Origin: Macrostomum hystrix
Taxonomy: Eukaryota > Animalia > Platyhelminthes
Assembly (NCBI GenBank): GCA_950097015.1
Contig: CATNEN010000003.1
Coordinates: 6,696,001-6,760,000, forward strand
Direction of reading: 5' to 3'
DNA length: 64,000 nt
Position 1 is the first letter of the stretch, and the number at the start of each line of letters is the position of its first letter. The notes under the pieces are model-generated. The model had not been told where the DNA came from. It did no database searches and was given only the letters and a program-made list of their open reading frames with translations. Position numbers and translations under genes: made by a program. Positions 37,001 to 49,561 of this stretch are shown piece after piece.

Positions 37001-40000
37001 GACCTCTCAATTTTCTCCTTTAGCGATTCCGGGGCTCACTGGGAGAATTGTAAACCTAATTATCGCATTTGGTTACACTCGCCAATGCTTCTTCCTGCTT
37101 TAGTTCCATTGGGATTTGAGTAAACTGCTGCTAGCTAGAGAAACAGAGTGAGATAGAGTATGCAGCTCTGAATGTTAGAATCTGGATGCAAAACTGCCCG
37201 CCAAACTCTTATTCTCCGGACGAATATAGGATGTGTCCCGATATACCACTGGCTATATTGGGAGTTCTGATGCACTACTACCTGTAGATAAAAAACGGAT
37301 AACTTCTATTTTTTCAATCGACTTGTTGGTCTTACCGGGACGTCGTGATAAAAAAGGTGCTAAAATTAAGTTATATTTCTAAACATACATTAAAAAAGAC
37401 ATTTAAAAAAAGCGAAAGCTTCGGCCAACAAAGGTTTTAAAATGTGCAAAAAGATTTCGAAATAAAAAATGATGAAAGTTATCTGTGTTCTTTTTTCATT
37501 GCACATTGATATTGGGACTTACCGAAAATTGGAAAACCACTTCACCAGCTGGGCTGTGTTGTTCTTGTTGAATTTCACATCCGGAAAGTAGGCCTTAAGC
37601 ACGGCTGAGCTCGGATAGCGGTTGTAGAAGAACAATAGCTTCGCTTTGCGCAGATGAATCGGTGTCAACGTAGTGGTCTGTTCGAAGAATTAAAGGAATG
37701 GATGACCGTTCGTTTTATTTTCACATTCTGGTTGTGAGTACATAAAAATGCATATTGTAATATAATTTTTTATATAAGACGCAGCAAGTGTACATCTTGT
37801 TAAATTTTCTTACCCCACCCCTGACTGCTGAATGTACATTCATTTTATTTCTTGAACCTTCCTGCCGCGGGCGGCAAGCTTAGCCAATGTACATACAATT
37901 TTATTTCCTCACCCTCTATGGTCGCCAAACCCTTGTCAAGCTTAGCTGAATAATGTACAATCGTCTGCATCCTGAATGTACACACATGAGGAATGAAATT
38001 TACATGTAGAATAAATTCAACCAATCCACAGATTCACTATTCACTTGACACTAATCTGTACGCATAGTTAAATTCCATGCTACTTGCATTCCAGATTCAA
38101 CTACTAAATAAGATGCCTAAATCAGGATGTTTACAAGCCCAGCTCGACAGTTACAAGTCGTAATAACAATCAGGATATGAACGATTGTTTAGATGTCAAC
38201 GAAATCTATACTTCCCAACTATAAGCTTGACTTTGAATTCGTCAATCAATTTCTATAGCTATTAGTTTGAACGCTGATTAGTTTGACAAGGCTTGACATT
38301 CCCTGGTAGAATCAGAAGCATTGCTGTCTTGTTATGTACCTAGAAACTTAATCGAATGAAGGCATTCCACCAAAAAGTAGGTTCTGATGTATACAGAATT
38401 TTCTGTAAAATGGGAATAAAGTTAGCAAACTACGCCATCGGAAAACATGGCAGAAATTTGTTAGAGCGCCATTCTTTTCTATTTTTGAATAAACCCAACC
38501 AAAACTATGTGGAAATGAATTTTCACCCTCTTAGACCCTTATCTAAGAGGGGGGATAATAAAAGGGGGGAATCTGACGACAAGGCTGCTAAATTTGATGA
38601 CCAAGGAATGAATAAACAGGCGTAAACACAAGTTGGGAAAACGACAGAAATGATGCAAAGAATGCGAATCCGGTATATGATTTAGAAACTGCGCGCTGCA
38701 GTTACAAGACTATATCATTTCCTTGTCTCTAGGCGCCATGGAAAGGTAGGACTTAATCAACTTAGTAAGCCTGGAAACACAAAAAACTAGTTCAACTGCG
38801 CTATATAGACGGCTGGGCTTGAAATGCAACATGAACCTAACAATAAAAACTCGCAGCATCGACCAACGTCACAGATTTGTTTATACATTGAGTGCAGCTT
38901 TCAACACTTGCCCTCCGCGGATGCACCCCGCGCTGTCTCTTAGCCTCCTCCTCTATTAGAAGACAGTAATTTAACTGTCTCTTTGCGGAAGACTAAGTCC
39001 GCTCAATCAAGTACCAATATGGAGCCACATATACAAACAAGTGACACATATACACAGCGGCTAAGTAGTATTGGTCGCCAAGGAAGGAGATAGATTGGTG
39101 TCTAAGATTATGCGGTAAAGTGTTTGTATCCAAGCTGGTTTCCGCGGTACACACACGCAGTCATCTCTCTGGGTTCCTCTATAATGCAGAGGTGTCACGG
39201 CACAAACGAAACAAGAAGCGTAGGTTATAAAACCTGGGACCGAGGCCCCACCTTGGAGGCAAGTCTGCTAGAAAGATTGTAAACACTGCGGGAAAAAACA
39301 TATTTTTCCTAAAGAACTGTACTGCTATCTGCATTATTGAAGCACAGAGTGCACAGAAATCGGACATTAGATAAGAGTTGTTATTAGTGGCAGAAAAAAA
39401 CAATAAAATAACATTTTCGATATGAGAGCGAAGGTGTGAACCATTTTTATGTACTGGACATTGTGCGCTTGTGCGAAAATAATGTTCGTTAATGCTAGAC
39501 TATAAATGCCAATACCTGTTAAACAATATATTTATACCTGTTAGACAGGATATCTATACCTGTTGAATAAGATAAATATCTGTTAGACAAGACATCTATA
39601 CCTGTTAAACAAGATATCAATACCTGTTAGACAAGACATCTATACCTGTTAGACAAGACATCAATACCTGTTAGACAAGACATCAATACCTGTTAGACAG
39701 GACATCTATACCTGTTAGACAAGACATCTATACCTGTTAGACAAGACATCAATACCTGTTAGACAAGACATCTATACCTGTTAGACAAGACATCTATACA
39801 TGTTAAACAAGACATCTATACCTGTTAGACAAGACATCTATACCTGTTAGACAAGACATCTATACCTGTTAAACAAGACATCTATACCTGTTAGACAAGA
39901 CATCAATACCTGTTAGACAGGATGCAAGATACTTAATGAAAAAAATGTTCATTCCTTTTTGTAAAGATGTTCACACCTGTTAGAATCTAAATACAGCACT

Positions 40001-43000
40001 TATTTGGCAAGGGAAGCGGACATTTCCTTCTTGCAAAAAATCATTCGTCTTTTCATCTTCCAGCTACTCAGTGGTCCACTTTTATTACTTAGCAGACCTA
40101 GTGAGTTGGCGACGGGGCGCCAAAGTGCTCTGAGCACACTTAAACAGCTTCCATTAGAACCATAGAGTCATGGTGTTAAATACTCCGTTTAGTAAGGCGT
40201 TTAGGGGAAGAAAATTTAACGTGGGAAAAAATAGGGATGCAATCCCATAATCTTTCTTCCATTGTCTTGCCGCTGTCAATAAATAAGATGAAGGAAGTGA
40301 ATAAAAAATGGTTATACCATTTTCATCCTTACATTATCTATTCCTTTAGGACATTCTTATACCTGCTGGTAAAAAAATGAGTGAAATTTGCACAAAAATG
40401 GAAGACAGGAAGACGGATTCGTGTTGTCTGTACTCCGAGTAACAGGAGAAGACTATGATGAGATCAAATTTCTTGTGGCATTCTTTCAGTAGCACACTAG
40501 CAAAACTAGAATGGGAAATTCTATATAATTTTTTATATAAGTTGTAGGCCTGCTTTTAATCGCGTTATGTTGGATCAGATGATAGTGTGATATGAAACCA
40601 GAGTTAAAGACTTACAATGCAAATTCTCGCCAAATTCTCAATTCTGCAATGCAGTTACAGTTCAAGGCTTTCATCGCTTTATAGCAGGGGTCGGCAAACT
40701 CCGCCCGCGGGCCAGATGCGGCCCTCGAAGCTCCCAAATCCGGCCCGTTGCCCCCATCTGACATCTACAGTGTCCTGTTTCATTTTTCTCGTGTCTAATC
40801 TCTCCCGTGTCTTATCTCTCCCGTGTCTCATCTCTCCCGTGTCTCATCTCTCCCGTGTCTCATCTCTCCCGTGTCTCATCTCTCCCGTGTCTCATCTCTC
40901 CCGTGTCTCATCTCTCCCGTGTCTCATCTCTCCCGTGTCTAATCTCTCCCGTGTCTTATCTCTCCCGCGTCTCATCTCTCCCGTGTCTAATCTCTCCCGT
41001 GTCTCATCTCTGCCGTGTCTCATCTCTCCCGTGTGTCATCTCTCCCGTGTCTCATCTCTCCCGTGTGTCATCTCTCCCGTGTCTTATCTCTCCCGTGTCT
41101 CATCTCTCCCGTGTCTCATCTCTCCCCTATCTCATATTTATACAGTCAATGCGGCCCGCTGTCGTCTTTTAGGTTCTCTCTTTGGCCCGCCAGCAAATAA
41201 GTTTGCCTACCCCTGCTTTATAGCCATGCCATACCATTACAGGTGTGTGAGTGTGAGTGTGTGTGTTGGAGCGAGTAATTTAAAGCTGATCTTTTGTGAC
41301 ACATCCGGTGCTGCAGCTGATGTCTCAAGACAAACTGACTACCCAAAAGCTCCTATATCAGCCCTCCGCCCTGACTGCCGGGTGCCTACCTAAATGGCAT
41401 TCTAGCCAGAGGGAAAGGCAAAGTAAATTTTAGAGGAAACCGTTTTAGACAGAGAGATACTGGCGTCAGGGACAAGATTGAGTCTTTTTGTCCACACTGC
41501 ATCGGTATGTGTTGGGAATAATAAAAGCAAACAAAGGTTAGAGATACAATAGGAAATTTTCGAAGAACTACCAAAGGGGGATTTCACACCCACCCCGACA
41601 ATTATTTGTGCTGCACCCGAACGGAGCAACGCAAGCGCACGATGTTGTTGCGCATCTTCTGAAATAAGAATCAAATCGCCCCTTCCAACCGTCGAGATAT
41701 TCAACGATTCTGATCGACCGACATTTATCTAGACTGAGCAGCTGGACCTTCAACAAGTTTATATTGAAGGGTTTAGGCCATTATCGAGGCTTGATCAGCG
41801 AAAGCAGAAAAATTCACTTTATTGGGACTCGATATCCAGCTGGAGGCAACATATTGAGACATATTGGTAATAGACATATTGGGCCATAGACAAAGAACTT
41901 TAGATTCTAAGATGCCTCAGGTTTACAGTTCTATACGCTGGTACCCAATTCACAGCTGGATGAACTGAAGCTGTTTGTACCATAGACAAAGAACTTTAGA
42001 TTCTAAGATGCCTCAGGTTTACAGTTCAATACGCTGGTACCCAATTCACAGCTGGATGAACTGAAGCTGTTTGTACCATAGACAAAGAACTTTAGATTCT
42101 AAGATGCCTCAGGTTTACAGTTCAATACGCTGGTACCCAATTCACAGCTGGATGAACTGAAGCTGTTTGTACCATAGACAAAGAACTTTTGATTCTAAGA
42201 TGCCTCAGGTTTACAGTTCTATACGCTGGTACCCAATTCACAGCTGGATGAACTGAAGCTGTTTGTACCATAGACAAAGGACTTTAGATTCTAAGATGCC
42301 TCAGGTTTACAGTTCTACGCTGGTACCCAATTCACAGCTGGATGAACTGAAGCTGTTTGTACCATAGACAAAGAACTTTTGATTCTAAGATGCCTCAGGT
42401 TTACAGTTCTATACGCTGGTACCGAATTCACAGCTGGATGAACTGAAGCTGTTTGTACCATAGACAAAGAACTTTAGATTCTAAGATGCCTCAGGTTTAC
42501 AGTTCAATACGCTGGTACCCAATTCACAGCTGGATGAACTGAAGCTGTTTGTACCATAGACAAAGAACTTTTGATTCTAAGATGCCTCAGGTTTACAGTT
42601 CTATACGCTGGTACCCAATTCACAGCTGGATGAACTGAAGCTGTTTGTACCATAGACAAAGGACTTTAGATTCTAAGATGCCTCAGGTTTACAGTTCTAC
42701 GCTGGTACCCAATTCACAGCTGGATGAACTGAAGCTGTTTGTACCATAGACAAAGAACTTTAGATTCTAAGATGCCTCAGGTTTACAGTTCTATACGCTG
42801 GTACCCAATTCACAGCTGGATGAACTGAAGCTGTTTGTACCATAGACAAAGAACTTTAGATTCTAAGATGCCTCAGGTTTACATTTCTATACGCTGGTAC
42901 CCAATTCACAGCTGGATGAACTGAAGCTGTTTGTACCATAGACAAAGAACTTTAGATTCTAAGATGCCTCAGGTTTACAGTTCTAAGCTGGTACCCAATT

Positions 43001-46000
43001 CACAGCTGGATGAACTGAAGCTGTTTGTACCATAGACAAAGAACTTTAGATTCTAAGATGCCTCAGGTTTACAGTTCTATACGCTGGTACCCAATTCACA
43101 GCTGGATGAACTGAAGCTGTTTGTACCATAGACAAAGAACTTTAGATTCTAAGATGCCTCAGGTTTACAGTTCTATACGCTGGTACCCAATTCACAGCTG
43201 GATGAACTGAAGCTGTTTGTACCATAGACAAAGAACTTTAGATTCTAAGATGCCTCAGGTTTACAGTTCTATACGCTGGTACCCAATTCACAGCTGGATG
43301 AACTGAAGCTGTTTGTACCATAGACAAACCTTTTGTGTCTATCAACAATCACCAAGACTCATATTTTCGTTCCACTTCACGTTGAAAAAAAAATTATATA
43401 AATATATTTATATTTGTTTTCTTAGTTTGACCAGCTGCTAGGGGATATATACATTGCAAACTTAGAAGAGAAAGTTTGACTTCTGCCTAGACCAGAAAAC
43501 AGGAACAGAGGAACGTCTGCCACTAAATTATTTTTCATTTCTGAGCCTCTCGGTGCTATAGAGAATATAGAGAGTGGACAGTTTGCTCACTTGCAGGTGT
43601 CACGACATCAGACAATCTACATACAGTTTGAGCACTTTTTTTAGTGTTGGGGGGGGGAAAACTTTTGTTAACCAAAGCAATGCTGTGCTTGTGTGCTCAA
43701 CTAAGCTACTGAGCTGCGACTTGAATAAATCTTGCTCTAAAGTTGTGTATGCCCAGCTTTCTTGAGTCAGTTAACCTGCCCCCAGAGTGTGCATTGTGAG
43801 CAACAAAGATTAAATAGGAATAGTGAAAGTAAATTGAAAAGTGAATTGATAATTTTCTGTTAGCGTCCCTAGGCTAGGTTGGAGTTCAGAATTAGTGATT
43901 CATCTTAAGGTCTAGAGATGAGATCCCATTCTATAACCCTGAATGTCTATCGATCCCATTCTATATCCCTGAATGTCTAGAGATCCCATTCTATAACCCT
44001 GAATGTCCAGAGATCCCATTCTAAGATCACAGAATGTCTAGAAATCCCATTCTATAACCCTGAATGTCTAGAAATCCCATTCTAAGATCACAGAATGTCT
44101 AGAAATCCCATTCTATAACCCTGAATGTCCAGAGATCCCATTCTAAGATCACAGAATGTCTAGAAATCCCATTCTATAACCCTGAATGTCTAGAAATCCC
44201 ATTCTAAGATCACAGAATGTCTAGAAATCCCATTCTATAACCCTGAATGTCTAGAAATCCCATTCTAAGATCATAGAATGTCTAGAAATCCCATTCTATA
44301 ACCCTGAATGTCTAGAAATCCCATTCTATAACCCTGAATGTCTAGAAATCCCATTCTAAGATCATAGAATGTCTAGAAATCCCATTCTAAGATCATAGAA
44401 TGTCTAGAAATCCCATTCTATATCCCTGAATGTCTAGAGATCCCATTCTATAACCCTGAATGTCCAGAGATCCCATTCTAAGATCACTGAATGTCTAGAA
44501 ATCCCATTCAAAGATCACTGAATGTCTAGAGATCCCATTCTAAGATCACAGAATGTCTAGAAATCCCATTCTATAACCCTGAATGTCTAGAGATCCCATT
44601 CTGAGATCACTGAATGTCTATAAATCCCATTCTGAGATCACTGAATGTCTATAGATCCCATTCTAAGATCACAGAATGTCTATAAATCCCATTCTAAGAT
44701 CCCTGAATGTCTGTAGATCCGATTCTGAAATCCAACAGTTTCTGCCGCAGTTGCGAAAGGAAACCAATTCTTCTACAGCAGAAGACTAAAAAAAGGATTC
44801 AATGCCAACAAAAGAAGAAGCCGTAGCATTAGCCAACTGCATCAGCAAAATAAAATGCAGACAGAACAACAGGAAGCAGATAACACGTGGATAGGCGCAA
44901 TGCCCTGAAGTCTTTTTCATCTAACCTGTCAGAGCAACACTGCAGAGAATTGCAAAATAAAAAAAGCAATCAAACAAGCCGAAACAGAAGCAATAGATTG
45001 GAAGAATTGCTGAAGAAAGTAGGGACCCCACACCAAACCCGCTAGCTGATTGGCCTTAGTAAAATGAAAGGTTTTTTTCAAATTGAAACTTTAGAAAAAA
45101 TCTCTTTTTATGAGAAGAATGAGGAGCGGAAATCGAGGAAGTGAAATTGCAAAGGTGATGGTGAGCAGTACTCATTTTCCTCAGATTTTTTTTGCCTGAC
45201 TTCCTCACAATGTCTCCCCACAACCAGACGAGGAAAATAATTTAGAAAACTCTCTTACTATACTTTTTAAATTGTCGCGACAATAAATTCAGTGTGCCTT
45301 TGTTAAATCTTAAAACAATCGCGCTTGCTTTTTTTCTGCTAGGCGTATTGTCTGGAGAAACAAGTTCTGGCCCTTTCCGCTACCAAGATTAATGCTCAAC
45401 ATTTTTAACTCTCTCATCTTAGCTTCGTTTTAACTGGGTTGCTGTTTAAATCTAGAAGTCCCTTTCAAAGATTCTTCTGTGTCTAGTAGTCCCTTGTAAG
45501 AGGCCCTTCAGTGTCGTGTCTAGAAGTCCCTTGTAAGAGGCCCTTCAGTGTCGTGTCTAGAAGTCCCTTGTAAGAGGCCCTTCAGTGTCGTGTCTAGAAG
45601 TCCCTTGTAAGAGGCCCTTCAGTGTCGTGTCTAGAAGTCCCTTGTAAGAGGCCCTTCAGTGTCGTGTCTAGAAGTCCCTTGTAAGAGGCCCTTCAGTGTC
45701 GTGTCTAGAAGTCCCTTGTAAGAGATCCTTCAGTGTCGTGTCTAGAAGTCCCTTGTAAGAGGCCCTTCAGTGTCGTGTCTAGAAGTCCCTTGTAAGAGGC
45801 CCTTCAGTGTCGTGTCTAGAAGTCCCTTTGCAAGATTCCAAAGCGTCAAGTAGTTAAAGTCTCTGAAAGTGCAAAGCTCGCATTACCTGTGGAATTCCTT
45901 CGTAGGACTGGGCCGGCAGGTCGTTAACTTGGACTCCGCCGTCATCAACCGAAGACCCGGGACTGTGGCCTCCGCCGACGCCGCCGCAGCCACCGCCGCC

Positions 46001-46596
46001 GCTGACACTGTGCGGCGAGCAGACGTCCTGGCTTGCGACGTGGTTCCTAACAAAGCCTCCTCCGTTGACAATTCCGGCTGCTCGCGAACGACAAACATTG
46101 CCACCGCCGCCGCCGCCACTGCCACCGCAGTCGGCGCCGCGGAAGCCGAGAAGATCCTGCGGAAAGCCGGCAGTCGCGGCAGCTGCCGCCGCTGCTGCGG
46201 CTGCGGCTGCGGCAGCCTGACTGACAGTCGGACAAAAGAGCGACGTCTGCGGGAAGACGCCGGTTCCGGCGCCGGGCGCTGACGAAGTTGTCGGGGGTTC
46301 CACGCCGAGAAGGGCGGCGGCAGCTGCGGCGGCAGCGTGACGATTGGCGACGGCCGCTGAACGGGCGGGCGACAGGCGAGTGTCGGTGACCTGATGATGG
46401 GATTGGTTGGGTAAATTTTTAGCAGGTTTAAGTACTCGTAGATTTTTAGCAGATTTCGGTAGATTTTTAGCAGATTTCGGTAGATTTTTAGCAGATTTAA
46501 GTAGATTTTTAGCAGATTTACCCCAATCACCTTTGTTCGTTTCTTCTTTGGCGGATGGCCAGACGATGATGAACTGTGAGAGTCGCCCAAAAAGCT

Positions 46597-46628
<32 letters not shown>

Positions 46629-47065
46629 TGTGATGATGCAAATCAAAGCCACCAGTTAGATGTTGATGCTGATGCAGCTGCTCCTTCTTTCTTGCTTCCT
46701 GTTGCTGCTGCTGGTGATGATGAAACAAGGCCGCAGCTGCAGCCGGAGTGTAATGCGGCGGCGGTGGAAACGGCAGATGCGGCGGTGGAAACTGCGAGCG
46801 GGACATTGTCGACGTCATCGGGTGCGGATGCGGCCTCAGGTGCTCGTCGAAGAGCATTCGCCGACCGAAATCGGCCACCGGCGAGAAGCCGCCGCCAGCA
46901 CTGCTCAGTGGATGATGCGGAGGCGGCGGCGGCGGAGGCGGCGGCGGATGCTGCAGGTGCGAATGCGGATGCTGCGGCGGCAGCGGCGGCTTTGGAAATC
47001 CCTCAGGAAGCATTGGGAAAGGATACAATCCAAGCGGAGGACGGGGCTGCAGGTGGTGCAGCTGG

Positions 47066-47098
<33 letters not shown>

Positions 47099-48105
47099 TG
47101 TACGGATCTGGCAGCGGCCAAGCGCATCTGAGTTTTCACACCGTCGCGTATTTTGCCAACCAACGAGTCAACCATGCGGCTGACATCGTCGCTCATTTGC
47201 TTTTTCAAAGCGTCGGCCAAGCTTCGAAGCTGCGGCTCAGTAAGGTACGGCGGCAGAGCCAGATGAGGAGGCTGTTGCAGTGCCGGCGGCGGCGGCGGCG
47301 GCGGAGGCGGCGGAGGCGGAGGCTGCGGCGGTGCCACCTGCGATTGCGAAACAACCGACGACTCACCTGTTGTGCTCATGCACCTTTTCTCATAGCTGTT
47401 GTTGTTGTTTTGAGAATCGGCTCGCAGTCTGTCGTGCTGATTCCTCAGGGCGGTCAGTTCAGCGCGGGCTCGGCGTGTCTCTCGATCGGCTTCGGCGGCT
47501 CTTGACTCCGGCTCCTCAACCGACTCGGCGTCGTCAATCAACTCGTCGCCAACTGGATTGACCTGTTCGTCGTTCTCCTCGTCTTCGACAGGTTCGACAT
47601 CGTCGGCGGCCAGTGGCTGCGGCGAACTCTGCTTCCGCTTCCGGCGACGATTGACGTCGCCACTGGATGCCGGATCTTGAAGTCCAAGGTCCTCCGGCTC
47701 CAGTTCTTCCATTTCCTCGAGTTCTTCGTCGTCGACAACGCCGTCGAAAGCCGCAGCGGCGACATCCGCGTCGTCGGCATCCACAACGCCCTCTCTGACC
47801 TCAAATTCCTCGATTTCGTCGATTTCGTCGTCACAGTTCGTCTCCTGGGCGTCGCTATCGTCAGCGTTTTCAATGATTTTCGGCTGCCCCTGCTGCTGGC
47901 CTTTCAGAATGCTTCGCACATAATAGTCTGCCAATTTGCCATTGTTCTGGCCTCTGTTACCGGGGTCATCCAACGAAGTTGGCGCTGATTTTGTCGCATC
48001 GTCGACCGCCAAGTCAACTACGACGTCCTCGGCTGTCGACGACACTGGTGCCGGCGCCGGAGAAGTGCCACCTTCAACAACGGGCATGGCAGTCAACGTG
48101 CTCAT
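33821..48105 (-). CDS. pros: Prospero/Prox homeobox transcription factor; exons 48105-46531, 46390-45887, 37677-37523, 34799-34655, 34009-33821; about 855 aa
   Basis: KKKRTK|VTDTRLSP motif across intron 1, a homeodomain and a Prospero domain. All four introns are GT-AG with consistent phases (0,0,2,0). Confidence 0.95.
34140..34590. repeat. About 70-bp tandem repeat in prospero intron 4
   Basis: tatcgattattttcctacccttcttcaaagccttggatt...ggggtggtcgg recurs at about 34147, 34218, 34288, 34358 and 34430. Confidence 0.85.
34655..34799 (-). CDS. pros: prospero exon 4 (homeo-prospero junction)
   Basis: Translates [48 protein letters not shown]; flanked by cctcag and gtgagt. Confidence 0.96.
37523..37677 (-). 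CDS. pros: prospero exon 3 (homeodomain), missed by the ORF track
   Basis: Translates [52 protein letters not shown]; flanked by aacag and gtaagt. Confidence 0.96.
39510..39925. repeat. 22-bp minisatellite, prospero intron 2
   Basis: acctgttagacaagacatctat. Confidence 0.9.
40685..41215. mobile_element. Second copy of the same hAT MITE, 531 bp, in prospero intron 2
   Basis: Same TIRs and arms; 8-bp TSD ctttatag (40677-40684, 41216-41223); shorter internal array. Confidence 0.93.
41884..43328. repeat. 96-bp satellite, about 15 copies, containing a SINE-core fragment
   Basis: Unit includes ctggtacccaattcacagctggatgaactgaagc, matching SINE ctggcacccatttaacagctgggtgaactgaagc (about 23544-23577). 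Confidence 0.93.
43910..44725. repeat. 30/31-bp minisatellite with alternating variants
   Basis: tctagaaatcccattctataaccctgaatg and tctagaaatcccattctaagatcacagaatg. Confidence 0.9.
45450..45830. repeat. 37-bp minisatellite near the prospero exon 2 donor
   Basis: gtctagaagtcccttgtaagaggcccttcagtgtcgt. Confidence 0.92.
46410..46520. repeat. 21-bp short array in prospero intron 1
   Basis: gtagatttttagcagatttcg. Confidence 0.85.
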
Positions 48106-48237
48106 GCTCAAGGTGCTACTGTTTTGTCGTGGCCGCGAGTTCTAAAAATTGTTTGTGTTTTGAAAGATTGATGAAGGATGCTGATTTATTAATGATTAAA
48201 ATCTTTCCAAAGTCAAAACTGCGCCAGGGTTGCTGCT

Positions 48238-48456
48238 AAGATGGCGATGTTGATCGATCTATAACTTCCGGTCAGGGGCTCTGCCTTCCCCTCATTATTA
48301 CTCTAAGTCAGCTCGGAGGGATGGACCGCAAACGATAAACCGACTGTACAGATTGTTATCAGTTTAGCCCGGAGTCCATAATCGATTATAGTTTATACAG
48401 ATATCTATACAACTTAATTGCTATAATATAATATGAGTTTTAGGCTAACTTCCGGT
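48238..48456. promoter_or_regulatory. Candidate prospero proximal promoter (YY1-like and ETS-like motifs)
   Basis: AAGATGGCG at 48238 and AACTTCCGGT at about 48262 and 48447, 100-310 nt upstream of the first prospero acceptor; motif match only. Confidence 0.3.
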
Positions 48457-48504
48457 TGCAGGGATAGACAAACTACTTATGAACAAGTCGACCTCAAAAT
48501 GTGC

Positions 48505-49200
48505 CAGACAAGTCACTCCCACAACCTGTTAGACAAGTCACCCCCACAACCTGCTAGACAAGTCACCCCCACAACCTGTTAGACAAGTCACCCCCACAAC
48601 CTGTTAGACAAGTCACTCCCACAACCTGTTAGACAAGTCACTCCCACAACCTGTTAGACAAGTCACTCCCACAACCTGTTAGACAAGTCACCCCGACAAC
48701 CTGTTAGACAAGTCACCCCCACAACCTGTTAGACAAGTCACTCCCACAACCTGTTAGACAAGTCACTCCCACAACCTGTTAGACAAGTCACTCCCACAAC
48801 CTGTTAGACAAGTCACCCCGACAACCTGTTAGACAAGTCACCCCCACAACCTGTTAGACAAGTCACTCCCACAACCTGTTAGACAAGTCACTCCCACAAC
48901 CTGTTAGACAAGTCACTCCCACAACCTGTTAGACAAGTCACCCCGACAACCTGTTAGACAAGTCACCCCCACAACCTGTTAGACAAGTCACCCCCACAAC
49001 CTGTTAGACAAGTCACCCCCACAACCTGTTAGACAAGTCACCCCCACAACCTGTTAGACAAGTCACTCCCACAACCTGTTAGACAAGTCACCCCCACAAC
49101 CTGTTAGACAAATCACCCCACAACCTGTTAGACAAGTCACCCCCACAACCTGTTAGACAAGTCACTCCACAACAACTCAAACCCCAGAACCTGTTAGACA
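48505..49200. repeat. 25-bp minisatellite upstream of prospero
   Basis: acaacctgttagacaagtcactccc. Confidence 0.93.
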
Positions 49201-49561
49201 AGCCATAAAAGCATGTCTTCCTGGTCAAACACAGAAACGAGACAAGACACAAAGAAAATATTATGCAAATAATTAAGAAAGCGGGGCAGCGTTATTTAAA
49301 TTAGAATTGCTAAATAGGACAGTCTAACCAATAAGACTCTGATCTATATAGTTTGAGCAGGATAGTATAAGCTCACTCTGTACTCAGAATTACTCCAAGT
49401 AAAGAGATTAAGCAGCTAGAAGCATCAATTTTATAACTGGCCTCTTAAAAATATTCGTCAAAGATCCGCGCTTTCGCACACTTACTGGACTAGTTTTTTT
49501 ATATAAATGATCTACATTAACTTGAGTCAGGCTTACTGACTGAAGACAAGACAGTGTCAGA

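Noticed and set aside
41884-43328. CRISPR-like appearance of regularly spaced repeats (also 12141-14136)
   Set aside because: No unique spacers, no cas genes, and the context is eukaryotic.
47018-47026. Perfect U12 donor GTATCCTTT inside prospero exon 1
   Set aside because: It lies within codons (LYPF), and splicing it to the homeodomain acceptor would frameshift; likely chance.
46407-47505. Plus-strand ORFs opposite prospero exon 1
   Set aside because: Antisense shadows of GC-rich triplet-repeat coding sequence.
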